Part shown: piece by piece, positions 39,149-50,300 of the stretch
Position numbering within the stretch: position 1 is the stretch's first letter
Layout of the letters: each line of letters starts with the position of its first letter
NCBI GenBank assembly: GCA_965208105.1
Contig: OZ242318.1
Location: 1,088,001-1,152,000, forward strand
Direction of reading: 5' to 3'
From: Candidatus Latescibacterota bacterium
GTDB lineage: Bacteria; Latescibacterota; UBA2968; UBA8231
Length of the DNA: 64,000 nt
Program-made: the position numbers and the translations under genes
Notes under the pieces: model-generated
Databases searched by the model: none
Seen by the model: the letters and a program-made list of their open reading frames with translations, nothing else
What the model was told of the DNA's origin: nothing

Positions 39149-39890
39149 GATTATCTCATTTCAGGCATGGATCGTTTTGACAACCCAATTGAACTCCTCG
39201 ACAAAATCGGTGGGACGCAAGCACCTTCCTCGAGCGGCAAGGGAACAATTTGTTTTGCTGGTCAGGCTGGACAATGTATCGCCGGATTTCTTAAAGCGAT
39301 CTCAGCACGCCGCGCTCGGACGATTATCGCGGGGCATTCCTGCACAGACTAGGCATCGCGAGTGAGGATGATCACGGCACCCACTGACCTTTAGTAGCCA
39401 GCGTTTTGATGGCTACGGTGGTATCTTCATCGGTGGCTTCCTATCTCCAATTTCCATACCCTTGCATCCCTTTGCACTGAAATTGAATTGAATGGCCCTG
39501 AAACAGACAACTCGATTTTGCCGATAACGGAGAACACCTCCCACCTCAGGTCTTCAACCAACATTTCTCCTCCTCCGACCAGGGGGGGTATTGAGTTGCT
39601 TCCCAAACCCTCGAGAGCGCCGCCGACCGCTTGGGCACGGACGAAGTGGGCAAGTGGCCCCAAAGAAGAGAGAAGGTCGGGCGCTGAGATGCCCCGCTTT
39701 TTTCAGCCTATCCGAACCTTTCGCCCGCCGGTTTCTTCTTGTAGGGTGAAAGAGGTGCCGCCGTGGCGACTCCGCCTGCTAACGCCGCCAGCTTCTCAAT
39801 GAACCTGGCCTGCAGAGTCTCAGGTCCCGACGGCTCCCTCCGAGCCCTAGAACACATCTGCGAAATACACCTGACAGAACGCCGGATTGT

Positions 39891-41228
39891 ATGGACAGCC
39901 AAGCCGACCTGGTGCGCCGCTGCCAGAGGGGCGATAGCACGGCATTTGCCCCGCTCCTGCGCCCCTACGAGTTCGCCCTGTCCGCGCTGATCCGCTACCG
40001 GATCGGCCACCCGCAGCATGCCGAGGATGTATTGCAGGAGGCGCTGGTGCAGGCTTGGACTCGGATCGGCACGCTTAAAGATCCAGGCAAGATTGGCCCC
40101 TGGCTGATGCAGATCGGCCGCAACCAATGCCACGATTTCTTCAAGAAGGCACAGCGGCGCGAAAAGCCCACCGAGGACGCAGCGCTGGCGCGGGCAGTCG
40201 ACAGGGACTCACTGCGGCGGCCTCGAAGGCAGTTGCAGCGTGACCAGGCCGCGCGTGCGTTGGAGCAGGTTCCCCAGCCCCAGCAGCAGGTCGCCCGCCT
40301 GCACTACCTGGAGGGCTTGAGCATCGCCGAAATAGCCGCCCGCGGCCAGTGGCCCCAGGGCACGGTCAAACGACATTTGTTCCAGGCGCGCCTGCACATG
40401 CGCCAGAACATGGGAATCACCGTTCCAGTAAGGAGCCCTGAAATGCGGACCCAAATTACCAGAGACCAGAAGGTCGGACAGCCCTTCCCCCGGCAGCGCC
40501 CCGAAATCGCCGTCCGCGAACTGGACCGGGCGCCCTTCGCGGTCGAATGCCCCGAGTTGCGCTGGTGGCTGGTGGTGCCGCGCCCGGGCGAGGAAGCGGT
40601 CCAGGCCACCTACAAAGCGCCCGATTGGCGCCTGGGCGGCGTTGCCCGCATGCGGGTGGCGCGTCCGGCCGCCGTGGACGGCCTGGACGGCGTGGAAATA
40701 GAGGTCGAGGAATGGGACCGGGACCATGAGGGCTGGCGCGATGCCGGCTGGTCCATGTGCGCCCGGGAGCATGGCGAGGAGATCCAGTACCTGGCGGTCA
40801 TTGGGCAGCAGGAGGAGGGGACCTCGATCAGCACCTATCTGAGCCAGAACTTCACCGATGGCTGGGGATGCATGAAGCGCCGCATCGAGGACAGGGGACG
40901 GTACGTGCGCCTGCAGGACGGCTCGTGGAAACAGGCCCACGACGCCGACAATCTCGACGCCAGCGGCGCCGGGATGTGCGAGGTGCGCATCGGCGGCAAT
41001 GTCTTCACCTGCCTGCGGGTGCTGCAGCTCGAAGGCCTGGTCTCCGAAGAGGACGCGCCCATCGACGAGGCCTACATCACCGCCGAGGGCCGCACTGTGC
41101 TGATCCGGGACTACGCCCACGACTGCTCTGACGACATCGACCTGGACCGCTCCCATGCCCTGTTGATCGACGGGCAGACGCTGTACCACTGGACGGACCG
41201 GGTGACCGGGGCGGGGATGGGGCTTTGA
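39891..41228 (+). CDS. ECF sigma factor with a long C-terminal extension
   Basis: Region 2 (AEDVLQEA..AW, WLMQIGRN) and region 4 (EGLSIAEIA..GTVKRHLFQAR), then about 270 extra aa. Confidence 0.85.
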   Translation: MDSQADLVRRCQRGDSTAFAPLLRPYEFALSALIRYRIGHPQHAEDVLQEALVQAWTRIGTLKDPGKIGPWLMQIGRNQCHDFFKKAQRREKPTEDAALARAVDRDSLRRPRRQLQRDQAARALEQVPQPQQQVARLHYLEGLSIAEIAARGQWPQGTVKRHLFQARLHMRQNMGITVPVRSPEMRTQITRDQKVGQPFPRQRPEIAVRELDRAPFAVECPELRWWLVVPRPGEEAVQATYKAPDWRLGGVARMRVARPAAVDGLDGVEIEVEEWDRDHEGWRDAGWSMCAREHGEEIQYLAVIGQQEEGTSISTYLSQNFTDGWGCMKRRIEDRGRYVRLQDGSWKQAHDADNLDASGAGMCEVRIGGNVFTCLRVLQLEGLVSEEDAPIDEAYITAEGRTVLIRDYAHDCSDDIDLDRSHALLIDGQTLYHWTDRVTGAGMGL

Positions 41229-41296
41229 GAGTTACAGCCAGCGCGCCCCTAGCCTGAGACATCAGCAGGAAGTTTGCAGGCCGTTCCTCCCTCCGC

Positions 41297-43336
41297 TCAG
41301 CCAAGTTCCCGGGGCACGGTGACGTTCCAGCTCTTGTCGAAGTAGCGGTTCCCGTCGACGGTCACCTCCACCGTGGTCGAGAAATGGTAGGATTCCGCGT
41401 CGCTGCGCAGGACTTCTTTGGCCTCGACGACAATCTTCTTGTCCGGATGCGGCGGCTCGTACAGGTAGCCGGCCTTCAGCACGGTTTCGGCCGGGTTCTT
41501 CGGCGTCACCGTATAGGTCGACCAGGCCCGCCCGGGGACGTGACTCCCGGCCCCGTCCCTCTCCAGGGTGGCGGTCACGGTGCCGGCGACGTGGTCGTGG
41601 GTGATCTCGTGGCGGCTGGCGGGCAAGTCCTCCATGGTCGCCGGCGGATGCGGCGAGGGCTCGAATCGCGGCTCCGGCAGAGATGGAGTCGGGTCCGGGG
41701 TCAGGGGCAGCACCACCCGAGACGGGCGGTCGCGGCCGCAGTACAGGCTGTGGATTGCCGGGCACGGTGTGGGCCAGGCGTTCTGGAAATCGGCGCCGGC
41801 CACGCTCAGGCGAATGCGGTGGCCCTTCTCGAACAGGTAGGAGAGGTATTTCATCTCGATGCGCAACTCGTAGACCTCGCCAGCTTCCATGGGCTCGGGA
41901 CTCGAGTGGGAGCTGCGGTGGGTCCCCAGCAGGCCGCCGTCGGTCAGCCACTTCGAGGTGCCGTCCGGGGCGACGTCGGTCAGCTTCAGGTGGAAGTAGG
42001 CGGTAGGGGCGCTGGAAGAAACGTGCAGCACCGCCACCGGGTTTCCGCTGACCTCGAGATCCCGCTGCAGCGGCGGCGTGGTCCAGGTCAGCGACAGGGC
42101 CTCGTCGAGCCGCTGGTCCACCGGCATGGCCCAGGGTATGATGCCGCCGCCCCAGTAGATGCCGGCGGTGATGCCGACCGCCGGGTTGTAGACGTTCTCG
42201 CTTGCCATACTCTCGCAATCCGGGGCCTCGCGACCGAGCTCTCCTCCGGGGTGAAAGTAGAAGGAGGTGTCCCGGTTGCGCGCCGGCGGCCACTCCTCCT
42301 CCGCTCTCCAGAACCCGGCGTCCTCCAGGTACATATGCGCCGCCGGCTCCTTGTAGCGGCGCACGAACAGGGAGACCGCGGGCTCATCCATCACCCCGGT
42401 TTCCTCCCCCTTCAGCCAGCGGTCGTACCACCTGAGCATCTCGTGGCGAAAGTCTATCCGGGGCCCGGGGAGGGCGTCTTCCGGCCAGTAGTGGCCCCAC
42501 GGACCCAGCAGGATCTTCCTGGGGACCTCGAGATTGGAGAAGGCCCGCAAAATCGGGGTGGGATAGGGATCAGCCCAGCCGCACCAGAACATCACCGGCA
42601 CATCGACGCGGCCGTAGTCCGGCTGCAGCGAACGCTCCTCCCAGTAGGGACCATGCAGCGGATGGGTTATGTAGCCGATGCCCCAGGGAACGTTGTTCTC
42701 CAGGCGCTCCTGCCACAGCTCCTCCCACAGCGGCCCGGCGATCTCGACGTCCGGAGGAGAGAAGTTGTAGGCCGTCATCAGCGGCGAGTAGCTGTCGAAC
42801 ATGTAGGGGCGGATCGAGCCGCCGGGGTTGGTCCAGTCGAGGTAGACGTCGGTGTTCGACGACCCCATCACCAGGGTCCTGAGATGAGGCGGCCTCTGCG
42901 CCGCCACGTGCCACTGCACCACGCCGCCGAAGGACATGCCCCACATGCCCACGGCGCCGCTGCACCAGGGCTGGGCGGCGACCCATTCCACCGCCTCGTA
43001 GCCGTCCCGCCGCTCCCGCTCCGAGTAGATGTCGGTGGTCGAGCCACCCGAGTTGCCGGTGCCGCGCACGTCGAAGCAGACGACGGCGTAGCCGCGGCTG
43101 GCGAACCAGGCGGGACCGTGGCGGCGGTGATTGTAACCGCTCTCGGAAACTTCGGCCTCGATCCCGGTGAGGCGGCGATAGGGCAGGTACTCGACGATCG
43201 CCGGGAACTCCCCTGGCGCGTCGGGACGCGCGACCACGGCGGCCAGCTCGACCCCGTCGCTCATGGGCATGCGCACCTTGCGGTCGAGCTTCACCTCGTA
43301 TTCCGGCCTGGATGCCGGCTTGCTCTGTCCGTTCAT
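41297..43336 (-). CDS. CocE/NonD family serine hydrolase
   Basis: PMSDGVELAA, EYLPYR, DVRGTGNS, GMSFGG, GPWGH; start after a GGGAGAGG RBS. Confidence 0.92.
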   Translation of the reverse strand: MNGQSKPASRPEYEVKLDRKVRMPMSDGVELAAVVARPDAPGEFPAIVEYLPYRRLTGIEAEVSESGYNHRRHGPAWFASRGYAVVCFDVRGTGNSGGSTTDIYSERERRDGYEAVEWVAAQPWCSGAVGMWGMSFGGVVQWHVAAQRPPHLRTLVMGSSNTDVYLDWTNPGGSIRPYMFDSYSPLMTAYNFSPPDVEIAGPLWEELWQERLENNVPWGIGYITHPLHGPYWEERSLQPDYGRVDVPVMFWCGWADPYPTPILRAFSNLEVPRKILLGPWGHYWPEDALPGPRIDFRHEMLRWYDRWLKGEETGVMDEPAVSLFVRRYKEPAAHMYLEDAGFWRAEEEWPPARNRDTSFYFHPGGELGREAPDCESMASENVYNPAVGITAGIYWGGGIIPWAMPVDQRLDEALSLTWTTPPLQRDLEVSGNPVAVLHVSSSAPTAYFHLKLTDVAPDGTSKWLTDGGLLGTHRSSHSSPEPMEAGEVYELRIEMKYLSYLFEKGHRIRLSVAGADFQNAWPTPCPAIHSLYCGRDRPSRVVLPLTPDPTPSLPEPRFEPSPHPPATMEDLPASRHEITHDHVAGTVTATLERDGAGSHVPGRAWSTYTVTPKNPAETVLKAGYLYEPPHPDKKIVVEAKEVLRSDAESYHFSTTVEVTVDGNRYFDKSWNVTVPRELG

Positions 43337-45587
43337 GTCCTCTCCCTCACAGTCGCGGATGCTTCCCTTGACCCGGTCTCTGTGCTGCCCTATAAATTGG
43401 CTTCGCAGCACGGTTGTGGTCAATCAGGGTGAAATTGCGGGTCGGAGCCAATAAATTCAAGCGTGGGTATTGCTTCCGAATAATTTTCCGTTGTCGTGTA
43501 GGAGGAGCGAGTCAACGGGTTGGAAAAAGCCTTGGCTGTCGAGGCATTCCCGAGTTTATTAAGGGAGTTATTGCTGAAAATTGACCAGCTCCATCAATCA
43601 TAGTTTGCGTCATTCCTCCCTTTTCTTATTCCTGATTTTTCTCTCCTCTCGGGCCGCATCGGCTACGAGCGCGGAGGTGGATTCCCTGCCTCTGATTGTC
43701 CTTCCTCCCACCATAGTCAGCGCCAAGGCAATCGAGAAAGAGCAAGGGGAAATCCATCTATCCACCGTGGAGGTGAGAAGATATCCCGCCCCGACCAATG
43801 ACCCGATCCGATTTCTGAAAGTGCTGCCCGGCATTTCCTCAGGCAATGATTTCAGCTCCTCCTACAATGTGAGTGGCGGAAACTACGACCAAAACCTCCT
43901 CTATATCAACGGCATTGAAATCGAGTCGCCATTTCATGCAAGGCACGGACTGGCGCAGTCCATTTCGATGTTGAATCCGGCCATGATAGACAGTATGACC
44001 TTTCGATCCATCTCATTCCCGGTGATGATGGGAGATAAGCTCAGCAGCTTGGTCGAAGCGGATTACAAGGCCAGCGCGGAGAAGATGGAAGGAGAATTAG
44101 ATCTTTCGCTTTCAAGTCAAAACATGGTGGTGGGAGGACAGATCGGTGAATCTGCCGGTTTCTCCACCGGTATACGCCATGCCAACCTGAGCCGCTATGC
44201 GCGGGGTCTGCAGATAAAAGGGGAGTATATTCCGAGCTTCTGGGATTGGCAGACTCAGATAAAAGCCAAGTCCTCTCTGATGGGCGAGATCTCTCTGTTT
44301 GCTGCAACACTGAATAGCCATTTTGTTATGCGTCCAGAGAAGATGAGGCTGCGCTATAACTGCTCCGCATTGCAGCACCGGGAGGTGTGTAGTGAGATTA
44401 AGGGGATGGGGACCGGGGCTGAAAACTACGAATTCTCCGATCAGGCGGTTGGCATTGCTTTTGAGCGCTTGTCCCCTTTGGGAACAGTCCAGGTAGTTGG
44501 CAATCTGACCAGGAAAAGGGAGACGGAAGATACCGATGTGGAATATGCGCTTGAACCAGGAAAAATTCTCAGCATGGAGAAAATCGACAGTCAGTTTTGG
44601 AGAAATAGATGGAAAGTTGAAATTAACGTTAGGGCCTCGCACTTTTGGGGAGGCGCCGGCCTGAAACGGGCAAAGATGGGGGGTTATATTGATGCGAAGG
44701 AGAACATCTCCTATCGCCAAGGCACTTTCTTAAATGAGGCATCTCACCTGAGTGTGCACAGGAAGGACATCGACAAATTCGTTTTTCTGCAAAACAGGTG
44801 GGGCGCTGGCCGCCTTGATGTGGTTGGTGGAATTCGCCTTGTAAGCTTCGGGGCCACTGCCGAATCGATTGCAATGCCGCGAACGAGCATCACCTTCACT
44901 GCCTCTCCTCGATTGTCTTTGTCGCTTGCAGCCGGACGCCATGCTCAGCCTCCGGTGTATAAGGAATATTTGGGCGGAAGTAAGGGGAGGAAGATAGACT
45001 TCAAAGCCCAGCGATCCGAACAAATAGGCGCCGGGTTCGTGTATGGGATAAGGAATTCTCTGCACTGGAGCACCGATATCTATTACCGGCATCAATGGAG
45101 AATGATCTCCTACCAGGTTGATGATCTCAAAATATCCTATGCGAGCAGCAATGGCGCGAGGGGGTATGTTTTGGGCATTAATTCCAAGATCAGGGGAAAG
45201 GCCGACAGCCTGATCGGAATTGCCAGCTATGGCTTCCTGGTTGCGCGCGAGGACATAAAGGGAGACAGTCGAGGCCATATTCCCATGCCCAGCGATCAGC
45301 GCCACACACTGTCATTATACCTGGAAGACAGGATGTATTTAGGAATAATCGAGAGGCGCTTTTTGAAGTTTTCCAGGTTCCATCTTCGCATTTTATTTGG
45401 GACAGGTTTCCCCTACACACACCAGGTTGTTCAAGGAAATGGGCGCTTGGTCGATGGGCCGCGAAACAGCAGTCGAGGCGAGCCCTATTTCAGGTTTGAC
45501 GTGGGACTGACTCAGGGAATTAGAATTGCTGAAAACACCTTTCATTTGCGCCAGGAGATAGCTAATTTGTTCGATCAATACAATGCG

Positions 45588-46749
45588 CTAGTGCTCTGTT
45601 AAGGATTCAGGCTTGTACTTTTTCGTACATGTTGGTATCATGGGGACATATGTCCATTTTTCTGGGAGGGTCCTGCCATGTGCCTCCATGCTCGAACACC
45701 GGATGCTGCCGAATCGAAAGAACTGGGCCGATGGCTGAAGCGGCCACGCAATGCCGTACAGATGCGACGAGGGCAATTGATCTCCCTCAGTGCCCAGGGT
45801 ATGCGGGTCCAGGAGCTGTCGGCGACGCTGCATCTGCACGAGGAATACATCCGCTCCCTGGTCCGACGATACAACGAGGAAGGGCTGGCGTCGCTTCGCA
45901 CGCGAGCCCACCCGGGGCGCACCCCAGCGCTGACGCCCGAAGACGAGTCCGTGGTGGTGGAGATCGCCAAGATGCCCCCTCGGGCTTTCGGCCAACCCTT
46001 CAACCAGTGGTCGCTGCGCAAGCTGACCGACTGTCTGGTCGGGCGCAAGATGATCCCCAAGGTCTCGCACGTGACCATCGCCAAGGTCTTGGACCGGCAT
46101 AAGGTCACCTACCAACGTACCCGCACCTGGAAGGAGTCGAAGGATCCGGATTTCTCCTCGAAAAAAAACGCATCGACCGCCTCTACCGGCGTGCGCCGAA
46201 GGACTCGGTCGTAGTCTGCTTCGACGAAATGGGGCCCGTGCAGATCAAGCCCCATGCCGGCTCCTCCTGGGCGCCGCAGAAGCACCCGGTGCGGCACCGA
46301 GCCACCTACACCCGGCACGCCGGGGTCAGCTATTTCTTCGGCGCCTACAACGTCCACGAGGACGTCCTGTGGATGCATCACAAGCGAAAGAAGCACGCCT
46401 CGGAGGTGCTCACTTTCCTCAAGGCCATCCGGCACCGCTACCGCAAGGCCCAACGCATCTACCTCGTTCTGGACAATTTGTCGACGCACGCGACCCCAAA
46501 GATTCGGCAATGGTGTCGGCAGCATCGAGTCTCCCTCGTCTTCACCGCTACCAACGCCTCCTGGATGAACCGTCTCGAATGCCATCTGACCGCCGCCCAC
46601 TACTTCGTCATCAAGAACAGCGACCCAAGGGACCATCGAGACATCGGCCAGCGCATGCAGGAATACCTCGTATGGAGAAATCGAAACCAGGACGATGCCA
46701 AGCTCGCCAAAATACAAAATTCAATGCCCACTCTTTAACAGCGCACTAG
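45588..46749 (+). mobile_element. IS630-family insertion sequence (coordinates include both CTAG)
   Basis: Ends CTAGTGCTCTGTTAAGGA and reverse-complement CTAGTGCGCTGTTAAAGA; inserted at CTAG with duplicated target; carries HTH and DDE ORFs. Confidence 0.95.
45678..46738 (+). CDS. IS630 transposase, two ORFs joined by a probable -1 frameshift at A8 (46161-46168)
   Basis: ORF A has HTH, GRTP and WSLRKL; the -1 frame reads KRIDRLY..VCFDEMGP..LVLDNLSTH..SWMNRLE (DDE). Confidence 0.9.
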
Positions 46750-46965
46750 GGTATTCCTACTTCCCCACATGGCGGGGAGAGCCGATTGAAGTTAAAAGAT
46801 CGCTGGGGCGACGGGTGTACAATTTGGGGATAGTTTGGGAGTTTTGAGTCCTCATTCACGCCCCCTGATCATCGCACTGTTTTTGTTTTTTTGAGTTGTA
46901 GGGAGGGTAAGTTGAAAGCTACGAGACGCTTACCAAATACACGGGTGCAGGAACGGGGAAATTGA

Positions 46966-47295
46966 TTGACAGTCTGGCTGCCAGGGCGGGTAGCTGACCT
47001 GCGGATTGAAGCCGTGCTTGATACCACCGAGGTGAGGGAATTTCTGGAAGGCATGAAAGACCAGGACATCGATGAGATTGCCTTTTCCGCCAAGGCAGCG
47101 ATTCTGGATCTCGAGATAAAGGTTGAAGATTGGGAGGCTGCCAAACAGGAGCTCGCCAAGCTGCGTACCGAGTATGCCGGCATAGATTCTGTCGGGGGCC
47201 ATGATGTCAATCGTCCGTTCCGGTACAAGGAACGCCTTATCAAGATAAATGAGGAGTTAAAAAAATTGGGAGGAAGGCCTCACAGGATTGAATAA
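46966..47295 (+). CDS. Small hypothetical helical protein, possibly a gene remnant
   Basis: Charged, coiled-coil-like ORF; an in-frame upstream TTG (46912) with GGAGG RBS is cut off by TGA at 46963. Confidence 0.4.
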   Translation: MTVWLPGRVADLRIEAVLDTTEVREFLEGMKDQDIDEIAFSAKAAILDLEIKVEDWEAAKQELAKLRTEYAGIDSVGGHDVNRPFRYKERLIKINEELKKLGGRPHRIE

Positions 47296-47362
47296 GATGA
47301 GCGAAGGTTAAGAAATCTCTGATTAAGCATCCTGTTAACGTCAAGTCTGTCAGCGCCGACGT

Positions 47363-50300
47363 GTTTCAATCCGCTCCCCTCACCGAAGCAAGGGGAGATG
47401 GTCGACCTGCTGACGGTAGGGCTCGTAGGCGAGGTTTCAATCCGCTCCCCTCACCGAAGCAAGGAGAGATGGCTCGATCTGCGAAAGGTCCACGCCTCGA
47501 TGGGGTTTCAATCCGCTCCCCTCACCGAAGCAAGGGGAGATCCACGCCTCGGCCTCGGGACGAAAGCAACCCAGGGTTTCAATCCGCTCCCCTCACCGAA
47601 GCAAGGGGAGATCGCCTATTGGGGTATTACCACCAGGGCCTGCGGGTGTTTCAATCCGCTCCCCTCACCGAAGCAAGGGGAGATTGGTTTTCCAATGCAC
47701 CAACACCCAGGTTGATAGTGTTTCAATCCGCTCCCCTCACCGAAGCAAGGGGAGATCTGTCCAACCCCATCGATTGCGGTGCCTACATTCGAGGTTTCAA
47801 TCCGCTCCCCTCACCGAAGCAAGGGGAGATCGGGCGTCGCCCGGGGGACTACTTATATCGACATGTTTCAATCCGCTCCCCTCACCGAAGCAAGGGGAGA
47901 TATCTACCTCCGGGACGGTATGGCTTGCACCTGGTGCGGTTTCAATCCGCTCCCCTCACCGAAGCAAGGGGAGATTCAAGGCTGGGCCACGACAGTATCG
48001 GCGCCAGAATAGTTTCAATCCGCTCCCCTCACCGAAGCAAGGGGAGATCAGGGCGCACCGTCGCCACACCCGCGCCCGCGTGGTTTCAATCCGCTCCCCT
48101 CACCGAAGCAAGGGGAGATCCACCCCTCGCCTTTTGGTGGCCTGCAAATTCCAGTTTCAATCCGCTCCCCTCACCGAAGCAAGGGGAGATTTCCCGAGGT
48201 TGGCCCATTCCGATCATCTGCACATGTTTCAATCCGCTCCCCTCACCGAAGCAAGGGGAGATGCTGTTGGTCGCAGCGTAGGCCACCACGTCCATGAGTT
48301 TCAATCCGCTCCCCTCACCGAAGCAAGGGGAGATCCAGCGCATACAGCCTCCTCTCAGCGGTAGCGGTAGTTTCAATCCGCTCCCCTCACCGAAGCAAGG
48401 GGAGATCTGCTCGGCTTGTCCGCAAGCTCTGACCCTGACGCTGTTTCAATCCGCTCCCCTCACCGAAGCAAGGGGAGATCCGAATCTCCAGCAATGCTGG
48501 TATCTTACCAATTAGTTTCAATCCGCTCCCCTCACCGAAGCAAGGGGAGATCCCCCATGATCCGGAGTGCAAATCGCTTTCTGATAGTTTCAATCCGCTC
48601 CCCTCACCGAAGCAAGGGGAGATAGCGACCCGCGTGTTTTTGGGTGATTTGTTAGTTGTTTCAATCCGCTCCCCTCACCGAAGCAAGGGGAGATGACGGC
48701 AAAGCGGGGGAATCAGTGAGACGGACAGAGTTTCAATCCGCTCCCCTCACCGAAGCAAGGGGAGATCTCGGTGCCCGGCCAGCCGGCCCCGACCACCTAC
48801 GTTTCAATCCGCTCCCCTCACCGAAGCAAGGGGAGATTCGGGCGGGTCCTACAGCCCGAACACGGGCGACGTGTTTCAATCCGCTCCCCTCACCGAAGCA
48901 AGGGGAGATACGCCCGGCGCAGGCGAGACGACCTACCTGATTACGTTTCAATCCGCTCCCCTCACCGAAGCAAGGGGAGATCGGCCCTACCTGGCGCTAT
49001 GACACCTCGCGCCGCTCGTTTCAATCCGCTCCCCTCACCGAAGCAAGGGGAGATGGCGGCGTCAGGGCCAGGGCCACCGCGGAGATCGAGTTTCAATCCG
49101 CTCCCCTCACCGAAGCAAGGGGAGATGATGGCGTCGATTATTTTTGCCTGATCTCTGGACAGTTTCAATCCGCTCCCCTCACCGAAGCAAGGGGAGATAG
49201 CTGCTGATTCCCTGGATGATGCCCTGGTGCACGGTTTCAATCCGCTCCCCTCACCGAAGCAAGGGGAGATTGGCGCGGCTGATGGATCAGGGCAGGCCGT
49301 AGAGGGTTTCAATCCGCTCCCCTCACCGAAGCAAGGGGAGATATGGAGTGCCAGTTCCGATATCCTTGTCCGCGGAGTTTCAATCCGCTCCCCTCACCGA
49401 AGCAAGGGGAGATACAGCATCGAAATCTGAGCACGGAAAATTGGGTTGTTTCAATCCGCTCCCCTCACCGAAGCAAGGGGAGATCGTTCCTCCAATTCCA
49501 TACGGCGCTCATTCACCGCGTTTCAATCCGCTCCCCTCACCGAAGCAAGGGGAGATCCGACGGCGCGGTGCGCGCGTGGAGCTTCGACCCGGTTTCAATC
49601 CGCTCCCCTCACCGAAGCAAGGGGAGATCGGTTAAGGAGGATCAACACCTGTGCCGCACGGTATTGTTTCAATCCGCTCCCCTCACCGAAGCAAGGGGAG
49701 ATCGCTCAAGCTGCTTTCCTTCCAAAGGTTCCGGCCCGTTTCAATCCGCTCCCCTCACCGAAGCAAGGGGAGATCGGTCCCGCCGGCCCATGTCCGCCAA
49801 CGATGAACGGGTTTCAATCCGCTCCCCTCACCGAAGCAAGGGGAGATCCGACGGCGCGGTGCGCGCGTGGAGCTTCGACCCGGTTTCAATCCGCTCCCCT
49901 CACCGAAGCAAGGGGAGATCGGGGCATCGTCTCGTTCAACAACACGTTCTACCTGTTTCAATCCGCTCCCCTCACCGAAGCAAGGGGAGATCTTCGTAGG
50001 GATCAGCAACGTCATCGGCATCCGGTGTTTCAATCCGCTCCCCTCACCGAAGCAAGGGGAGATAGTGATCTCTTGCAGCCTGTCGGTGGGATGATCGGTT
50101 TCAATCCGCTCCCCTCACCGAAGCAAGGGGAGATTTACCTCATCGCTAAAATCCGTCCCATTGATACTGTTTCAATCCGCTCCCCTCACCGAAGCAAGGG
50201 GAGATTCGAGCGCTACGGCCATTCATCTGCAACCAGCGAGTGTTTCAATCCGCTCCCCTCACCGAAGCAAGGGGAGATTTGTCGTGGGGTTAAGACTGCC

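Larger units (their letters stand above)
43581..46847 (+). pseudogene. TonB-dependent receptor interrupted near its 3' end by IS630
   Basis: Plug motif DPIRFLKVLPGI..YNVSGG.YDQN; removing the IS restores YNALGYSYFPTWRGEPIEVKRSLGRRVYNLGIVWEF-stop with the terminal Phe. Confidence 0.85.

Noticed and set aside
39150-39890. Short ORFs and possible ncRNA between the HNH gene and the ECF sigma factor
   Set aside because: No recognizable motif, RBS or convincing structure
47471-47575. Adjacent spacers 2 and 3 share CCACGCCTCG
   Set aside because: 10-nt match in GC-rich sequence with divergent flanks; not overlapping protospacers
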